The notes under the pieces are model-generated. The model did not search any database, was not told the DNA's origin, and saw only the letters and a list, made by a program, of their open reading frames with translations. A DNA stretch of 64,000 nucleotides from a virus. Shown here one piece after another: positions 10,398 through 21,256 of the stretch. A program made the position numbers and the translations under genes. The stretch spans positions 32,001-96,000 of IMG/VR virus record IMGVR_UViG_3300026484_000157. One strand, given 5' to 3'. Position 1 is the stretch's first letter. Every line of letters begins with the position of its first letter.

Positions 10398-13300
10398 ATG
10401 TCACTAATATCAGATAAAATATCGGAAATAGAATTCGACCAACAAATTTACAATAGAGCATTGCTATCGGATAACAGATCTACTTTAGACTCTGAAGGCA
10501 CAATAGATCAAAGAACTCATATAGAAAAGAGTTATAAAAGTATACTGTTTAAAGCAAATACTCCTTTACAATCTGCAGAACTAAATGAATTACAAACAAT
10601 TGTTCTAAATGAAATTAAACAACTATCGGATAAACTATATAAGGGATCTGGGGCATTAATTGATGGTGGAGATATTACAATTGTACAAAAACAATCATTT
10701 GAATTTCCTCATCAACTACCAGGACTAACTTTTAAATCTCCAAGTAACGAGAGTCAGCCTTATCATTTTAGAATTAAGAAACACTTATCAAAAAATAACA
10801 CTCACATTACTTATGATAAGTCTGCTGACAATTCAAATGTTTGGGAAATTAGTTTACCAATTGATGATAATGACAATGTGAGGTGTAAAACCTCGGATTT
10901 ATATGAATTCATATCAACATCAGCAATTGGTGATTATTTGCCACTAACCTCATTGTTAGGAACTGACGACAAGCCAATTAAAAATAGAATAGAGCTACAT
11001 GAACCTTTAGAATTTACCAACAATGTGATAGAAATCAACACTTTTGGCGAGAGCACTATTTACTACGATGGATTCTCAGTAAATGTTTCGCCATTAACTT
11101 CGCCATTATTACACAATGCATATACTCAGGGTGGAGAAGAAAATCAAATCACTGTCGGTATAACAGTAAAAGTTGTTGATATTGATTACAATGATGATCG
11201 ATCACTGTTAGATCCATCTGCAGGTTACAATTATGATAACGATGGTGCACATAGACTCAAAATTCATGGGGTATGGAATATATCACTAGATACTGAAAAT
11301 TCAGATTCATTTTTTGGAGTATGGCTTGTTAAAGGTAACAGAGTTATAAACTCAAACAGAATAGATCCAGAACTAAGAGGTGTAGTTGATGTAGTTGGTC
11401 GATATGACTTTAACTCAAACGGTAACTATGTAATATCAGGACAAGTTCCAGCTATTGATACAAGAAAAACTTATGCACAAGCAAATCTAGATATGAATGG
11501 GCAACCAAATAAAATATTCATGAACATAAGTAAGGGATCTGCTAATATTACAGGTTATAATATTGAATATTCTTATGATCAGCGATTTGATTACGACTCT
11601 GCTTTCAACGAGTCATATATCCTAAACAAGTCATCAAGATATGTAAAAGAAACATTTAAGGGTAACTTTGCAAACTACACTATTCCTGATAATGGATTAT
11701 ATGGAATAAAATCTGTAACTGGTTATAAATATGTAGCCAACAAAGTAATACAACGATCATCTGATCCTGAGATCGATGTTATAACAATTGTAGATAAAGA
11801 TCCAGAGGTATTCTACATTGACTTCATAAGTAATGTAGTAGTAAGTGGAGATACTACTTATACAAGAGGAATTCATTGGGAATTGGATTTTGATTCTAAC
11901 AATGGATATCATATAATAAGATGGATTTCATCTACTAAACCAGAGGAAAACTCATCTTATACTGTTGAAAAGATATTCCATAGATATAGATATAAGTCAG
12001 AAACATCTTATTTAACAATGGGAACATCAATAGATGAAGATGTTAAATTTGTAATATCTGAAGATAGAACCAATCTATTTGTTAATCAATCGTTATTTGG
12101 ATTTGATATAGAAGGAGAATTTAACTACAAGTTAGAATTCAACTATGACATTATCAAGCCAAGAATAGATAGATTAGTCCTTAAAAGATCAGAACTATTT
12201 TCATCTGTGACTGGAGAATATTCAATCATCTATGGTAATGCAGGATATGGTACTGCTCCGTTACCACCAGAAGTTGAAGATTCAGCAACATTATCGTTAG
12301 CAACAGTTTACCTTGAATATGGTAAGCCACCAGTAATAACACAAGATTACTTTAGAACATTTAAGATGTCTGATATTAATAAGCTTTATGAAAGAGTTAA
12401 TAAACTAGAATATGATATATCTAAGAATGCATTAGTTGATCAGGCAAGAGCAGACGGATCAACTTCAAATCTGCAAAACATATTTGTTGATAACTTCAAA
12501 AACACATCAATGATGGATTTAAATCTAATCAAATTGTCAAATGTTCCACAAGTTTCGATCGAGGATGGATCAATAGTACCTCATACAACATGGAGAACTG
12601 ATAACCTGCCAACATCATATAAACAAAGATTCATAAGATTAGATAAATATAAAAATTCTGACAATATAACAATAACAAGAAATGAAATATCACAAACATT
12701 TTATTCTGATACTGAAAGACTGAATTCACTGACTACCTCTGCAGGTAAATCGAGAGAAATAAGCCTTTCAATAACTCCAAAAGATTATAAATGGATATTC
12801 AGAACCGACTCAAGTACTGTTAACAATAGTTGGGCTAGAGATATAGATACAACAACGGATTATAATGAAGCACCTGTGCCTTTACCATCATTAAATGTGA
12901 CAATAACTGCACCAGCTAATTCATTCAGTCCAACAAATCAAATAGTTGGAAATGGTACACCTACTACAACCAAGCTTCAATTATTTATTGAAAATGAAGA
13001 ATATCAATTTTCAACACAGCCTACTGTTAATGCTGATGGATCAATGTCAATTACAATAAATCTTCAAGGATATAACAGTGGTATTAAATCAATACTAGTT
13101 CAAGAAGATATTACTCAGTTCACATCAAATGAAAATGGAGAATATTTAGGAGCATTTGGTATAACCTCATTCACATCACAGCCACAGGTAAGAACGATTA
13201 TTAATTATAATCCACCACCCCCACCACCAAGAAGATATAATCCAGATCCGACTGCACAATCTTTTTATGTGAAAGAGTCTTTCAATTTAGATTCTGTTCA

Positions 13301-14894
13301 GGTATGGTTGGATGCAGAGTCAACTTCAAATTGGAAAAATGGAAACCAACTTACTTTGATGTCATCAATACAAGTTGTATTATGTGAGCTTACAAATGGA
13401 TATCCTGATGTTAAGAAGACATTAACAACTCAAACTATTCCTTTTAATGATGATGGATCTGGGGAATCTTATTCAATAAATGAGGCACAATCGCCATCAT
13501 TTGATAGTAATGGAAGAAGACTAATAGACAGTTCATCTCCTTTTGTAATAAGATTCGATGAGAACATAAAGCTTCAAAATGATACTGATTATGCATTCAT
13601 TTTCGTAACATTACAAACTGAATTAACATTAAAAATTGCTAAGCTCGGTGCACAAGATATTAACACAAACAACTGGATTGTTAAACAACCATATCAACAA
13701 GGTCTTAAGTTCGTAAGTTCGAACTTCATAACATGGACTGCAGTACAAGACACAGATTTATGGTTCAATATAAGCTCATGTCTATTTAAACCTGCTAAAC
13801 AATTAGTATATAATTTAGAGTATACTAATCCAATTCAGATGTCAGATTTCCAATTATTATCAACTGAAAAGTTAGATGTTAATACATCGATCCATAAAAA
13901 GATAGAATTCACTGATAAAACAAATAATAAATTTGAATTTAACATCAATTCGTTTGATCCAATTCAAACTGAAATGATAGAAGTGAAATCAGCAAAAGTA
14001 ACTGTAGATCTTAATGGTACACAATTTCCAACTGGTTATTCTGATAGAGTTGTCAATACACCAATATTTACTAATTCTGTTCAATTATCAACAGCAAAAG
14101 TTGAAGATAAATCAATATATATAACTAAGTCAATAGATAACTGGACAATTCAGAACGATCTAAATTTATATATGAATATTAAGAATTTTAGAAAAGGGAC
14201 TCAATTATCTGGTCGTAATGTTCGAGCTTATTACTCATTAACTGGTGGAATGACATGGAATGAACTAATTAAAGTAGAAAATATATTAGGTAATGCAGAT
14301 GAGAACAAATTCTCAATTGACCATAAAAGAATTAGTACTAGATTGAGATTTCCAAATAAAGATAATATATCTGGATCGGAACTATTCCAAATAATAGCTT
14401 ATAATTATAACGATGGGAATGCTTATGTATTTCATATAACTACCTCAAACGAGAGTACATACAGTGATTCTAATAACTACATAAGGAACATTAAAGTTAA
14501 TGTGGCAGGTGCATCAAATTTATCAGAGATGACTAGCATTATAAATAATTCAATAACATCTTGTGGTTTCATAGTTACAAATAAGGCAGATGGAGACATT
14601 ACTTTTGAATCAGATATTGATGGACATCACATTTACAATTCTGCTCAAAACTCTAATATAACAACTGAAAATTTATATCACAACAGAATAATCAACACAG
14701 CATCCAATTCTGTTTCGGTTGATGTATCAATAATAGATACATCAACTAGTGTTAAAAACAATATAAATTTCCTGAATGGTTTCAGCCCACGATTGAAAAT
14801 TGAATTATATGTCCTTGACAATGAAAAATTGACAAGACCAGAGGTTTTAGACCTTAGAGCAATAACAAAAACAGCACATGAAAGTTACATATAG
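10398..14894 (+). CDS. Large baseplate/tail protein, DUF4815-like
   Basis: YKSILFKANTPLQSAELNELQ, GAHRLKI, IFVDNF, DPTAQSF motifs. Confidence 0.75.
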   Translation: MSLISDKISEIEFDQQIYNRALLSDNRSTLDSEGTIDQRTHIEKSYKSILFKANTPLQSAELNELQTIVLNEIKQLSDKLYKGSGALIDGGDITIVQKQSFEFPHQLPGLTFKSPSNESQPYHFRIKKHLSKNNTHITYDKSADNSNVWEISLPIDDNDNVRCKTSDLYEFISTSAIGDYLPLTSLLGTDDKPIKNRIELHEPLEFTNNVIEINTFGESTIYYDGFSVNVSPLTSPLLHNAYTQGGEENQITVGITVKVVDIDYNDDRSLLDPSAGYNYDNDGAHRLKIHGVWNISLDTENSDSFFGVWLVKGNRVINSNRIDPELRGVVDVVGRYDFNSNGNYVISGQVPAIDTRKTYAQANLDMNGQPNKIFMNISKGSANITGYNIEYSYDQRFDYDSAFNESYILNKSSRYVKETFKGNFANYTIPDNGLYGIKSVTGYKYVANKVIQRSSDPEIDVITIVDKDPEVFYIDFISNVVVSGDTTYTRGIHWELDFDSNNGYHIIRWISSTKPEENSSYTVEKIFHRYRYKSETSYLTMGTSIDEDVKFVISEDRTNLFVNQSLFGFDIEGEFNYKLEFNYDIIKPRIDRLVLKRSELFSSVTGEYSIIYGNAGYGTAPLPPEVEDSATLSLATVYLEYGKPPVITQDYFRTFKMSDINKLYERVNKLEYDISKNALVDQARADGSTSNLQNIFVDNFKNTSMMDLNLIKLSNVPQVSIEDGSIVPHTTWRTDNLPTSYKQRFIRLDKYKNSDNITITRNEISQTFYSDTERLNSLTTSAGKSREISLSITPKDYKWIFRTDSSTVNNSWARDIDTTTDYNEAPVPLPSLNVTITAPANSFSPTNQIVGNGTPTTTKLQLFIENEEYQFSTQPTVNADGSMSITINLQGYNSGIKSILVQEDITQFTSNENGEYLGAFGITSFTSQPQVRTIINYNPPPPPPRRYNPDPTAQSFYVKESFNLDSVQVWLDAESTSNWKNGNQLTLMSSIQVVLCELTNGYPDVKKTLTTQTIPFNDDGSGESYSINEAQSPSFDSNGRRLIDSSSPFVIRFDENIKLQNDTDYAFIFVTLQTELTLKIAKLGAQDINTNNWIVKQPYQQGLKFVSSNFITWTAVQDTDLWFNISSCLFKPAKQLVYNLEYTNPIQMSDFQLLSTEKLDVNTSIHKKIEFTDKTNNKFEFNINSFDPIQTEMIEVKSAKVTVDLNGTQFPTGYSDRVVNTPIFTNSVQLSTAKVEDKSIYITKSIDNWTIQNDLNLYMNIKNFRKGTQLSGRNVRAYYSLTGGMTWNELIKVENILGNADENKFSIDHKRISTRLRFPNKDNISGSELFQIIAYNYNDGNAYVFHITTSNESTYSDSNNYIRNIKVNVAGASNLSEMTSIINNSITSCGFIVTNKADGDITFESDIDGHHIYNSAQNSNITTENLYHNRIINTASNSVSVDVSIIDTSTSVKNNINFLNGFSPRLKIELYVLDNEKLTRPEVLDLRAITKTAHESYI

Positions 14895-14900
14895 GAGACA

Positions 14901-16388
14901 TTGATGGCAACAGCAACACATAACAACCCAGAAATGGGTTTGGCAATAGTACAAAAATCAGATACTGTCGGAACTATCATAACAACATACAATTCCGACA
15001 TAGAGATAGTTGCCAGTAGACTTGCTAATTATCTTGGAAGAATTCAATCTGTTGAACAATTTATAGATTCTGAAACTGATTTTATCACATTATATGGTAC
15101 AAATAAGAATGTATATACACTTAAGAAAGCATTATCTGAAATAGACAGTAGAATTTCTTCGGCAAATACAGACATAATTAAGGTTAACAATTTAATTACT
15201 GATGTTAAAGATTATATCGATAAAGAAGGATTCGGTAAACTATTAACTCAATATATGGAATATAAAGATTCATTGCTTGGTTACAAGAATCAACTTAAAT
15301 CTGATGTCTATGAAGAATTAGAAGAGAAATTTGTAAAAGAATTCACTCAAGCATTTGAAAGACTAGATGATAAGATGACATTTTTAAAATCATATGTAGT
15401 TATGGTTGAACAAATGAGAACAGATATCCTAGTAATGAGAGGGCAAGTCGAAATACAAAAGTCTGATTCACTGACTGCAATAGCTAGTGCAATGTCATCA
15501 ACTATCACAGAAATCAAAGAGGCTTCTGAGGAAGCTATAGACAATGTAGAAGACTTAGTAAGTGAAACTGCTACGATTTACAATTGGATAAAAGATACTG
15601 CTAAACCAGAGATTGATAAGATTAATGATGAAATTGGAGATTATAAAATTGCATACCATACAAATAACATGGTGGCTCAGGCAGCAGCAATTTCATCAAA
15701 CATTGCCAAGATGTATCTACAAGAAGGCACTGAGCAATATCTAAATGAAAAACAGGATTTAGTATTACTAGCAGAAAGTAAACAAGATCAACTTTCAGCT
15801 TTCACATCTACTAAAATCGATGAGATGATCGAAATCAAAAAAGATACAGAGTCATTAAAAAATTCAACAGAAGATACTTCTAATAGAATAAAATCTGATG
15901 TAGTAGTAGTTAAATCACATTCTGCCCAAATATTAGCAGAATTAGCATGGCAACAACAAGTTACTGAGAATTTTATCGACGGTAAATCAGATTTTGATAA
16001 TACAAGAGAATTTGTTCAAAATCAATTGGATTCAGATAGAGATTTTATGAAATTGGCTAAAATTCAATCTGCCCAAATGTTAGAAGATGCTAAGATAATG
16101 ACTATGGTATCTTTTCAAAATAGAATACTATGGGAAGTTAACAAAACACTTACAGATATAACAAGAAAAACTCTCAATGAAGAATTTGTTGCATTTGTGG
16201 ACTCTCAAAAGGCAGAATTGAAAGAATTTGAAACTACTCAGGCACAAGAGCAAAAAGAATTCATACAAGATGCAAAAATTGAAAATAAATATGCTAAATT
16301 ATTAGCCAACATAACACAAGCTGAAACTAAGATAACTAGACTTTATGCAATCGATTCTAGACTTATATCAATGGTTTATGCAAACTAG
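14901..16388 (+). CDS. Hypothetical long coiled-coil structural protein
   Basis: 495 aa helical ORF with SD AGGAG in tail module. Confidence 0.5.
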   Translation: MMATATHNNPEMGLAIVQKSDTVGTIITTYNSDIEIVASRLANYLGRIQSVEQFIDSETDFITLYGTNKNVYTLKKALSEIDSRISSANTDIIKVNNLITDVKDYIDKEGFGKLLTQYMEYKDSLLGYKNQLKSDVYEELEEKFVKEFTQAFERLDDKMTFLKSYVVMVEQMRTDILVMRGQVEIQKSDSLTAIASAMSSTITEIKEASEEAIDNVEDLVSETATIYNWIKDTAKPEIDKINDEIGDYKIAYHTNNMVAQAAAISSNIAKMYLQEGTEQYLNEKQDLVLLAESKQDQLSAFTSTKIDEMIEIKKDTESLKNSTEDTSNRIKSDVVVVKSHSAQILAELAWQQQVTENFIDGKSDFDNTREFVQNQLDSDRDFMKLAKIQSAQMLEDAKIMTMVSFQNRILWEVNKTLTDITRKTLNEEFVAFVDSQKAELKEFETTQAQEQKEFIQDAKIENKYAKLLANITQAETKITRLYAIDSRLISMVYAN

Positions 16389-16405
16389 ACAAAAAGGAAT
16401 CAATA

Positions 16406-16963
16406 ATGATAAATAGACATTCAATCAAAGGTGGTGGCAAATTTGCTTTTAGTCAATCATCTGCTAAAATAACTGATATCATAATGTTAAATGATAATGG
16501 ATCATCTGACATTACTGTTTCAATAAACATATTAGACAGTGAAGGTGAGGTAACATCTAAAATTGTTAAGGATCTAGTGGTTGAAGCAGGTAAGACTGTT
16601 GATGCTCTTAAAGATAAAGATGGCAAAGATCTGAATGTGACATTCAGACAAAACGAGCAAATCCAAATAGATACTTCAGCGACTGGTTTATTTACAAATA
16701 TATCATTCTTTGAAGAACTGGTTGCCCTTAACTATGGTATCATTAAGTCAAGAATTTCTTATATTGGTGATGGAGAAGAGACAGAATTTTGGACTCCAGA
16801 GGCTAATAGACCACTAAATGATCCATCTGAATGTCTTGTGTTTCTTGAAGGTATAGAGCAAACTAAAGGTGTAATTTGGGATCTAAATGACACAAGAGAA
16901 AAGGTTGTTTTTGGAACAGCACCATTAGATGGTCTTAGAATAGAAATTAGAACAATAAAATAA
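16406..16963 (+). CDS. Hypothetical tail-associated protein
   Basis: C-terminal YIGDGEETEF...VFLEGIEQ...FGTAP beta-sandwich repeat seen in tail fibre/baseplate proteins. Confidence 0.5.
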   Translation: MINRHSIKGGGKFAFSQSSAKITDIIMLNDNGSSDITVSINILDSEGEVTSKIVKDLVVEAGKTVDALKDKDGKDLNVTFRQNEQIQIDTSATGLFTNISFFEELVALNYGIIKSRISYIGDGEETEFWTPEANRPLNDPSECLVFLEGIEQTKGVIWDLNDTREKVVFGTAPLDGLRIEIRTIK

Positions 16964-16973
16964 AAAGGATCAT

Positions 16974-17189
16974 ATGATGGTAAGAAATGGAAGAGAAATA
17001 ATCCCAAATGAAATGATTGAAGAGCCTACACAATTTGTAGCAAACAGATCATCTAAAGTTGAAGGATGGAAGGGATTCTATGTTTATTGTGAAGACACTG
17101 AAGATTTATTCCTTTTTAAAGAAGATGTTGGAACAAAACAACAGGTAGAATCTCTTTATGTATCAAAAAAACTTATAAAAATCTCATAA
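16974..17189 (+). CDS. Hypothetical protein
   Basis: 71 aa, SD AAGGA. Confidence 0.5.
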   Translation: MMVRNGREIIPNEMIEEPTQFVANRSSKVEGWKGFYVYCEDTEDLFLFKEDVGTKQQVESLYVSKKLIKIS

Positions 17190-17202
17190 GTAGGTAACCA
17201 AA

Positions 17203-18993
17203 ATGGATAATAAATTAGAAAAGAGACTAGCAAATATCACTGATTTAATCACTCAGGTTAATCATAAAATTGGTGATGTTCAAGCAGCACAAGATGATCA
17301 ACTTAGAAGAGATATGCAAGGTCACCACAATGGAGAAGGATACAAAACTCCTTTCATTCAACAATCTGAATTTGCATGGTATAATCAAATGTCAATGTTT
17401 GAAATGCATGCAAATATATTCAGATCAATGGGATCATCAGGGATGATTAATGCTAGGGATTATTCTTATGCACAACCAGGCAATCCTGCAACTAGAAGAT
17501 TCTCAATGGGATATGGTGCACTTGGTATGCATAATCATCCAAATTATCACAATATGCCAGGATCAGCTGAGTGGAGTCTTATTGTCAATGGTTATGCATT
17601 TCAAACTAGACACAACGATTACAGAATGGCTTATCCACTTAATACAGGTAAGGGAACATCTGCTTATAGACATGTAGAACCACCTAAAAAAGAATATGGG
17701 TCATTATCTAAAGATTCTGATGGTAACATTATTGGTGGTGCAGGATTAGAGGGAATGCAAAAGGTATTCGAGGATCATCCAGAAGACTGTATATATCATA
17801 TGACTTATTTAAATGTTTGGTTTGAGGAATTTCATCAAGATAGAGTAGATGAGAATGCATCTTTCAGACATCAAATCTCAGGAGATAATACTAGAGAAAT
17901 TTTTGAAAGATCAATGAGATTCATATTCTCAGGTCAAAAGGCAAGACTAGAAAATATTCCTTTTGAACCTTTAGTTCTAAAAACTGTCGATGATAATGGA
18001 GTTCCAAGATTCACACAGCTTAAATATAGAATTTATTCTGTTCCAGTTGCTCATATGGGAACTGGTGATAAAGATTACACATTGCCTGATGGAACTGTAA
18101 CGACTTTGAAAGGTCTGCCTTTTGATGAAGATAAAGCTATTAAAGGCTTAATAGATTCTTCAAATAAATTCATAATGCTCTCAGACGAAATTTCCAAGAA
18201 TGGAATGCCAAGACCTAGATCATCTTTTAAAAGGTCAAGTCAGGCAAGATTTAGATTAGCAGATGGAATTTTAGAAGAACTTATGAATAAATGTCCATCA
18301 ATAGATGGTTATGGTGCAAATATCACAGAGCAATATTTTGATGATGATTCTGTTTATTTCGATAAAAATATGGCATACTTCAGCCATTTTTATGGAATGG
18401 GAAGTTCAGATGCATCCAATAGATCAAAGGCTTCAAGATCATTTAATGATCAGAATTTATTTGTTGCAATGTCAAATAATCCTAAAGTAGTTGGTGCATT
18501 CGATGCATCAGGTGTGAACAAAGGTGGATATATATTTGGAGTTCCAATGGAATTAGTACTTTTAACACCTAGACAATCATGGAATCCTTATGGAATAAAA
18601 GAGATAACATATTCTCAAAGAAATATCGAATATAACGATAAATCTTATGGTGTTAAAGATAAGCCATTCTCAGGATCACATATTAACGGTCTTAACTATA
18701 AGCTTCCTTATGCAACATATTTAGAAACGAGCAATGATGGGACAGATGCAGCAGATACATCAGCCTTGACTAATGGCAAGTATTTCATCAATGACTCATC
18801 AGGAATTCCGAGAAGATGTGCACCATCAGGTGTAAATATAATCACTCCTGATGGATATAGACAAAGATTTCCAATCTATTCAAGTTTTCATGATTTCACA
18901 AGAGGTATGACAGAAGCTGAGAAGATTAAAAAAGTGTTAGTAAAATTTGCTAAAGGCGAACTAACACCAGAAGAACTAGAGGATTTACTCTAG
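17203..18993 (+). CDS. Hypothetical His-motif protein in tail fibre region
   Basis: 596 aa; N-terminal coiled coil; HNHPNYH, TRHNDY, PMELVLLTPRQSWNPY motifs. Confidence 0.55.
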   Translation: MDNKLEKRLANITDLITQVNHKIGDVQAAQDDQLRRDMQGHHNGEGYKTPFIQQSEFAWYNQMSMFEMHANIFRSMGSSGMINARDYSYAQPGNPATRRFSMGYGALGMHNHPNYHNMPGSAEWSLIVNGYAFQTRHNDYRMAYPLNTGKGTSAYRHVEPPKKEYGSLSKDSDGNIIGGAGLEGMQKVFEDHPEDCIYHMTYLNVWFEEFHQDRVDENASFRHQISGDNTREIFERSMRFIFSGQKARLENIPFEPLVLKTVDDNGVPRFTQLKYRIYSVPVAHMGTGDKDYTLPDGTVTTLKGLPFDEDKAIKGLIDSSNKFIMLSDEISKNGMPRPRSSFKRSSQARFRLADGILEELMNKCPSIDGYGANITEQYFDDDSVYFDKNMAYFSHFYGMGSSDASNRSKASRSFNDQNLFVAMSNNPKVVGAFDASGVNKGGYIFGVPMELVLLTPRQSWNPYGIKEITYSQRNIEYNDKSYGVKDKPFSGSHINGLNYKLPYATYLETSNDGTDAADTSALTNGKYFINDSSGIPRRCAPSGVNIITPDGYRQRFPIYSSFHDFTRGMTEAEKIKKVLVKFAKGELTPEELEDLL

Positions 18994-19082
18994 AGGTTTT
19001 GGTTGTTATTAGTTCAGATGATTTGCAGGTCGGTGGTGGTTTAGAGCAAATCAAAAACAAATTAAAAACAAGGATATAAACT

Positions 19083-20060
19083 ATGGCAACAACTCAAGAT
19101 ACACTTGATCAACTGTCAGGTCAACTAGGAAACTTAGTTTCTGAAACACAAGACTTAAACAGTGAGTATAGTGATAAAATTAGTGCTATAAGAGGATTTA
19201 CTAATCCAACTGCAGGTACATTCAAGCTAAACGATGGAACAGAAGTTCCTAACTATGTTAAGGCAATGCAGAACTTTGAGAATGGTTATGATACTAGACT
19301 CAGTAACATTGAGAATATGGATATCATAGATGATACGAATGGCAAAATAAAATCTGTGACTCAAGGTGTCCCAAATAACTATAAGTATTCATTTATGGTA
19401 AATGGAGATTATGATACTTATTACCCAGTCTTAGTAGGAGTAGTTTCAGATGGTGCATCAAGAGATGTGGCTGGTACTTATACAATAAGTAGACACTACT
19501 CGAATACTGCACCTTACGAGTGGAATAATTCGAGTACCCACCATGCTACACTGAATTTCCAATGGGAAGCATCAGACCACAACTGGGATGCTGGTATTAA
19601 TATTGCTAGAGTTATCCATCATAGTACTGTTTATCAAAGAACAGTTGCAAACTTTTCAACTGGACCAAGTATGTCGGCTGGTGTACATGTGGTATGGCTT
19701 AGAGGTGGTGGTGCAGTTTACTATCTAACATGTCCTTATAAGATGACTATTCACAATGAGTCTGAATGGGATAAATATGATAATGATGAGAACAAGACTG
19801 TTCGAATGTGTGGTGTTGGTCAGGTAGTAATCTTAGATAGCATTCCAGATGATAAAACATCTTCTGATACATTTACAATAGAAAAATATGCTAGAGACGA
19901 TGGACCTCAGAGAGGTAATATAGTTTGTGCATATAAAAAAGATCAAGTTTACGACGGTGAGTGGAAACCATTTAATTTTCTATATAGCAATGAAGATAAT
20001 GAATATGCCCTTACAACAAGAAAAGCATACACTGGTGGTATGTATAAATTATTCTCATAA
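19083..20060 (+). CDS. Putative tail fibre/receptor-binding protein
   Basis: N-terminal coiled coil, then GDYDTYYPV...VVWLRGGGAVY head domain; followed by an assembly-chaperone-like gene. Confidence 0.6.
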   Translation: MATTQDTLDQLSGQLGNLVSETQDLNSEYSDKISAIRGFTNPTAGTFKLNDGTEVPNYVKAMQNFENGYDTRLSNIENMDIIDDTNGKIKSVTQGVPNNYKYSFMVNGDYDTYYPVLVGVVSDGASRDVAGTYTISRHYSNTAPYEWNNSSTHHATLNFQWEASDHNWDAGINIARVIHHSTVYQRTVANFSTGPSMSAGVHVVWLRGGGAVYYLTCPYKMTIHNESEWDKYDNDENKTVRMCGVGQVVILDSIPDDKTSSDTFTIEKYARDDGPQRGNIVCAYKKDQVYDGEWKPFNFLYSNEDNEYALTTRKAYTGGMYKLFS

Positions 20061-20071
20061 AGGAAAAACCA

Positions 20072-20479
20072 ATGATTATACCTAAAATAGAAAAAGATGG
20101 ATATATAGCATATAATGTGCCATATCAATATGCATTAGATAATGGACTGATTTCACAAGAGGAATTCTCAATTATCGAGAAGGGAATCAAAAAGAGTTCT
20201 GGTATTGCATCGTTGAATCAAAACAGAACAATAGAGACAAAACAAATTACTGTTGAACTTTCAAATGGTGCTATTTTAAATGGTGATGAAACATCACAAT
20301 CAAGAATCAGTAGAGCAGTACTGGGTTTACCTGATAATGAAACTGAAATCCCTTGGATTGATGCATCTGGTGAGGCAGTAATGCTTACAAAACCAGATTT
20401 ACAAGAAGCCTTAACTTTAGCAGGTGCAAAACAAACTGAAATTTTCACAAAATATGCACAGCTCAAGGCAGAGCTGTAA
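20072..20479 (+). CDS. DUF4376-like tail fibre assembly protein
   Basis: GDETSQSRI...WIDA...LTKPDL motif. Confidence 0.7.
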   Translation: MIIPKIEKDGYIAYNVPYQYALDNGLISQEEFSIIEKGIKKSSGIASLNQNRTIETKQITVELSNGAILNGDETSQSRISRAVLGLPDNETEIPWIDASGEAVMLTKPDLQEALTLAGAKQTEIFTKYAQLKAEL

Positions 20480-20480
20480 C

Positions 20481-20669
20481 ATGAAGAAGATACTGATCCT
20501 TTCACTATTGATAGCATCAGCTATCTTTAGTGGTTGTGCTAAAAACACATTAGAAATTTCTAAGTGTAGCAAATATGAAAATGGTATCTGTGTTACAAAA
20601 GATAAACACACTGTTATCAGATGTGAAGAACCTACAATAATAGGTAAAGAAACATACTGTAACAAATAA
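20481..20669 (+). CDS. Small lipoprotein
   Basis: Start at ATG 20481: MKKILILSLLIASAIFSGC signal with lipobox; four further Cys. Confidence 0.7.
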   Translation: MKKILILSLLIASAIFSGCAKNTLEISKCSKYENGICVTKDKHTVIRCEEPTIIGKETYCNK

Positions 20670-20673
20670 TTCT

Positions 20674-20713
20674 AATGTTCTCCAATTAACTATAAAAAGT
20701 TAAGGAGAACATT
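20674..20713 (+). promoter_or_regulatory. Hairpin occluding the SD of the 20717 gene, TATAAA at its apex
   Basis: AATGTTCTCC/GGAGAACATT and TTAACT/AGTTAA inverted repeats. Confidence 0.65.
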
Positions 20714-20716
20714 TCA

Positions 20717-21256
20717 ATGAATTTGCACTTCCCCAATTATAAAAATCAAGAATTAGTAGAGATTAAAGTTGCTCTATTTAAAGCACAAACACTAATACCA
20801 TCGAAAGCTATTACATTATGGACAAAAGCACATAAACCGCATAATTATTCACATACTGAGATTGTATTTTCTTCTGCAATATACTTTGGTCATGATGTTG
20901 AATCACAAACTATAAAATTCAAGGATAAACCAGATACGACTGAAGAAGTCGATTATTATATAATTAAGATACCTAAGGAATTAGAACAAACAGCATTCCA
21001 ATTTGCTCAGGATCATGATGGTGCAAAGTATGATTGGTTGGGTATAACTATGACACAGTTCATAAACTTAGGTATGAACTCGACTTATAAATGGTTTTGT
21101 TCTGAAATAGTAGTGAGATTATTACAAATTATGGGGTTTTATCCACTCTTTGAAGAACAAGCACACAAAATTTCACCATATGGATTACACAAAAGATTGG
21201 ATCTTTTAGCTCAAAAATTTCCACAATATGTCCGATTCCAAAAAGGAGACTATTAA
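20717..21256 (+). CDS. Permuted papain-like NlpC/P60 (YiiX-like) peptidase
   Basis: YSHTEIV (His), AKYDWLGI, KWFCSEIV (Cys) in permuted order. Confidence 0.75.
   Translation: MNLHFPNYKNQELVEIKVALFKAQTLIPSKAITLWTKAHKPHNYSHTEIVFSSAIYFGHDVESQTIKFKDKPDTTEEVDYYIIKIPKELEQTAFQFAQDHDGAKYDWLGITMTQFINLGMNSTYKWFCSEIVVRLLQIMGFYPLFEEQAHKISPYGLHKRLDLLAQKFPQYVRFQKGDY

Noticed and set aside
13212-13229. Poly-proline run as a hypervariable or phase-variable tract
   Set aside because: Mixed CCA/CCC codons in frame; an ordinary linker before the DPxAQ motif
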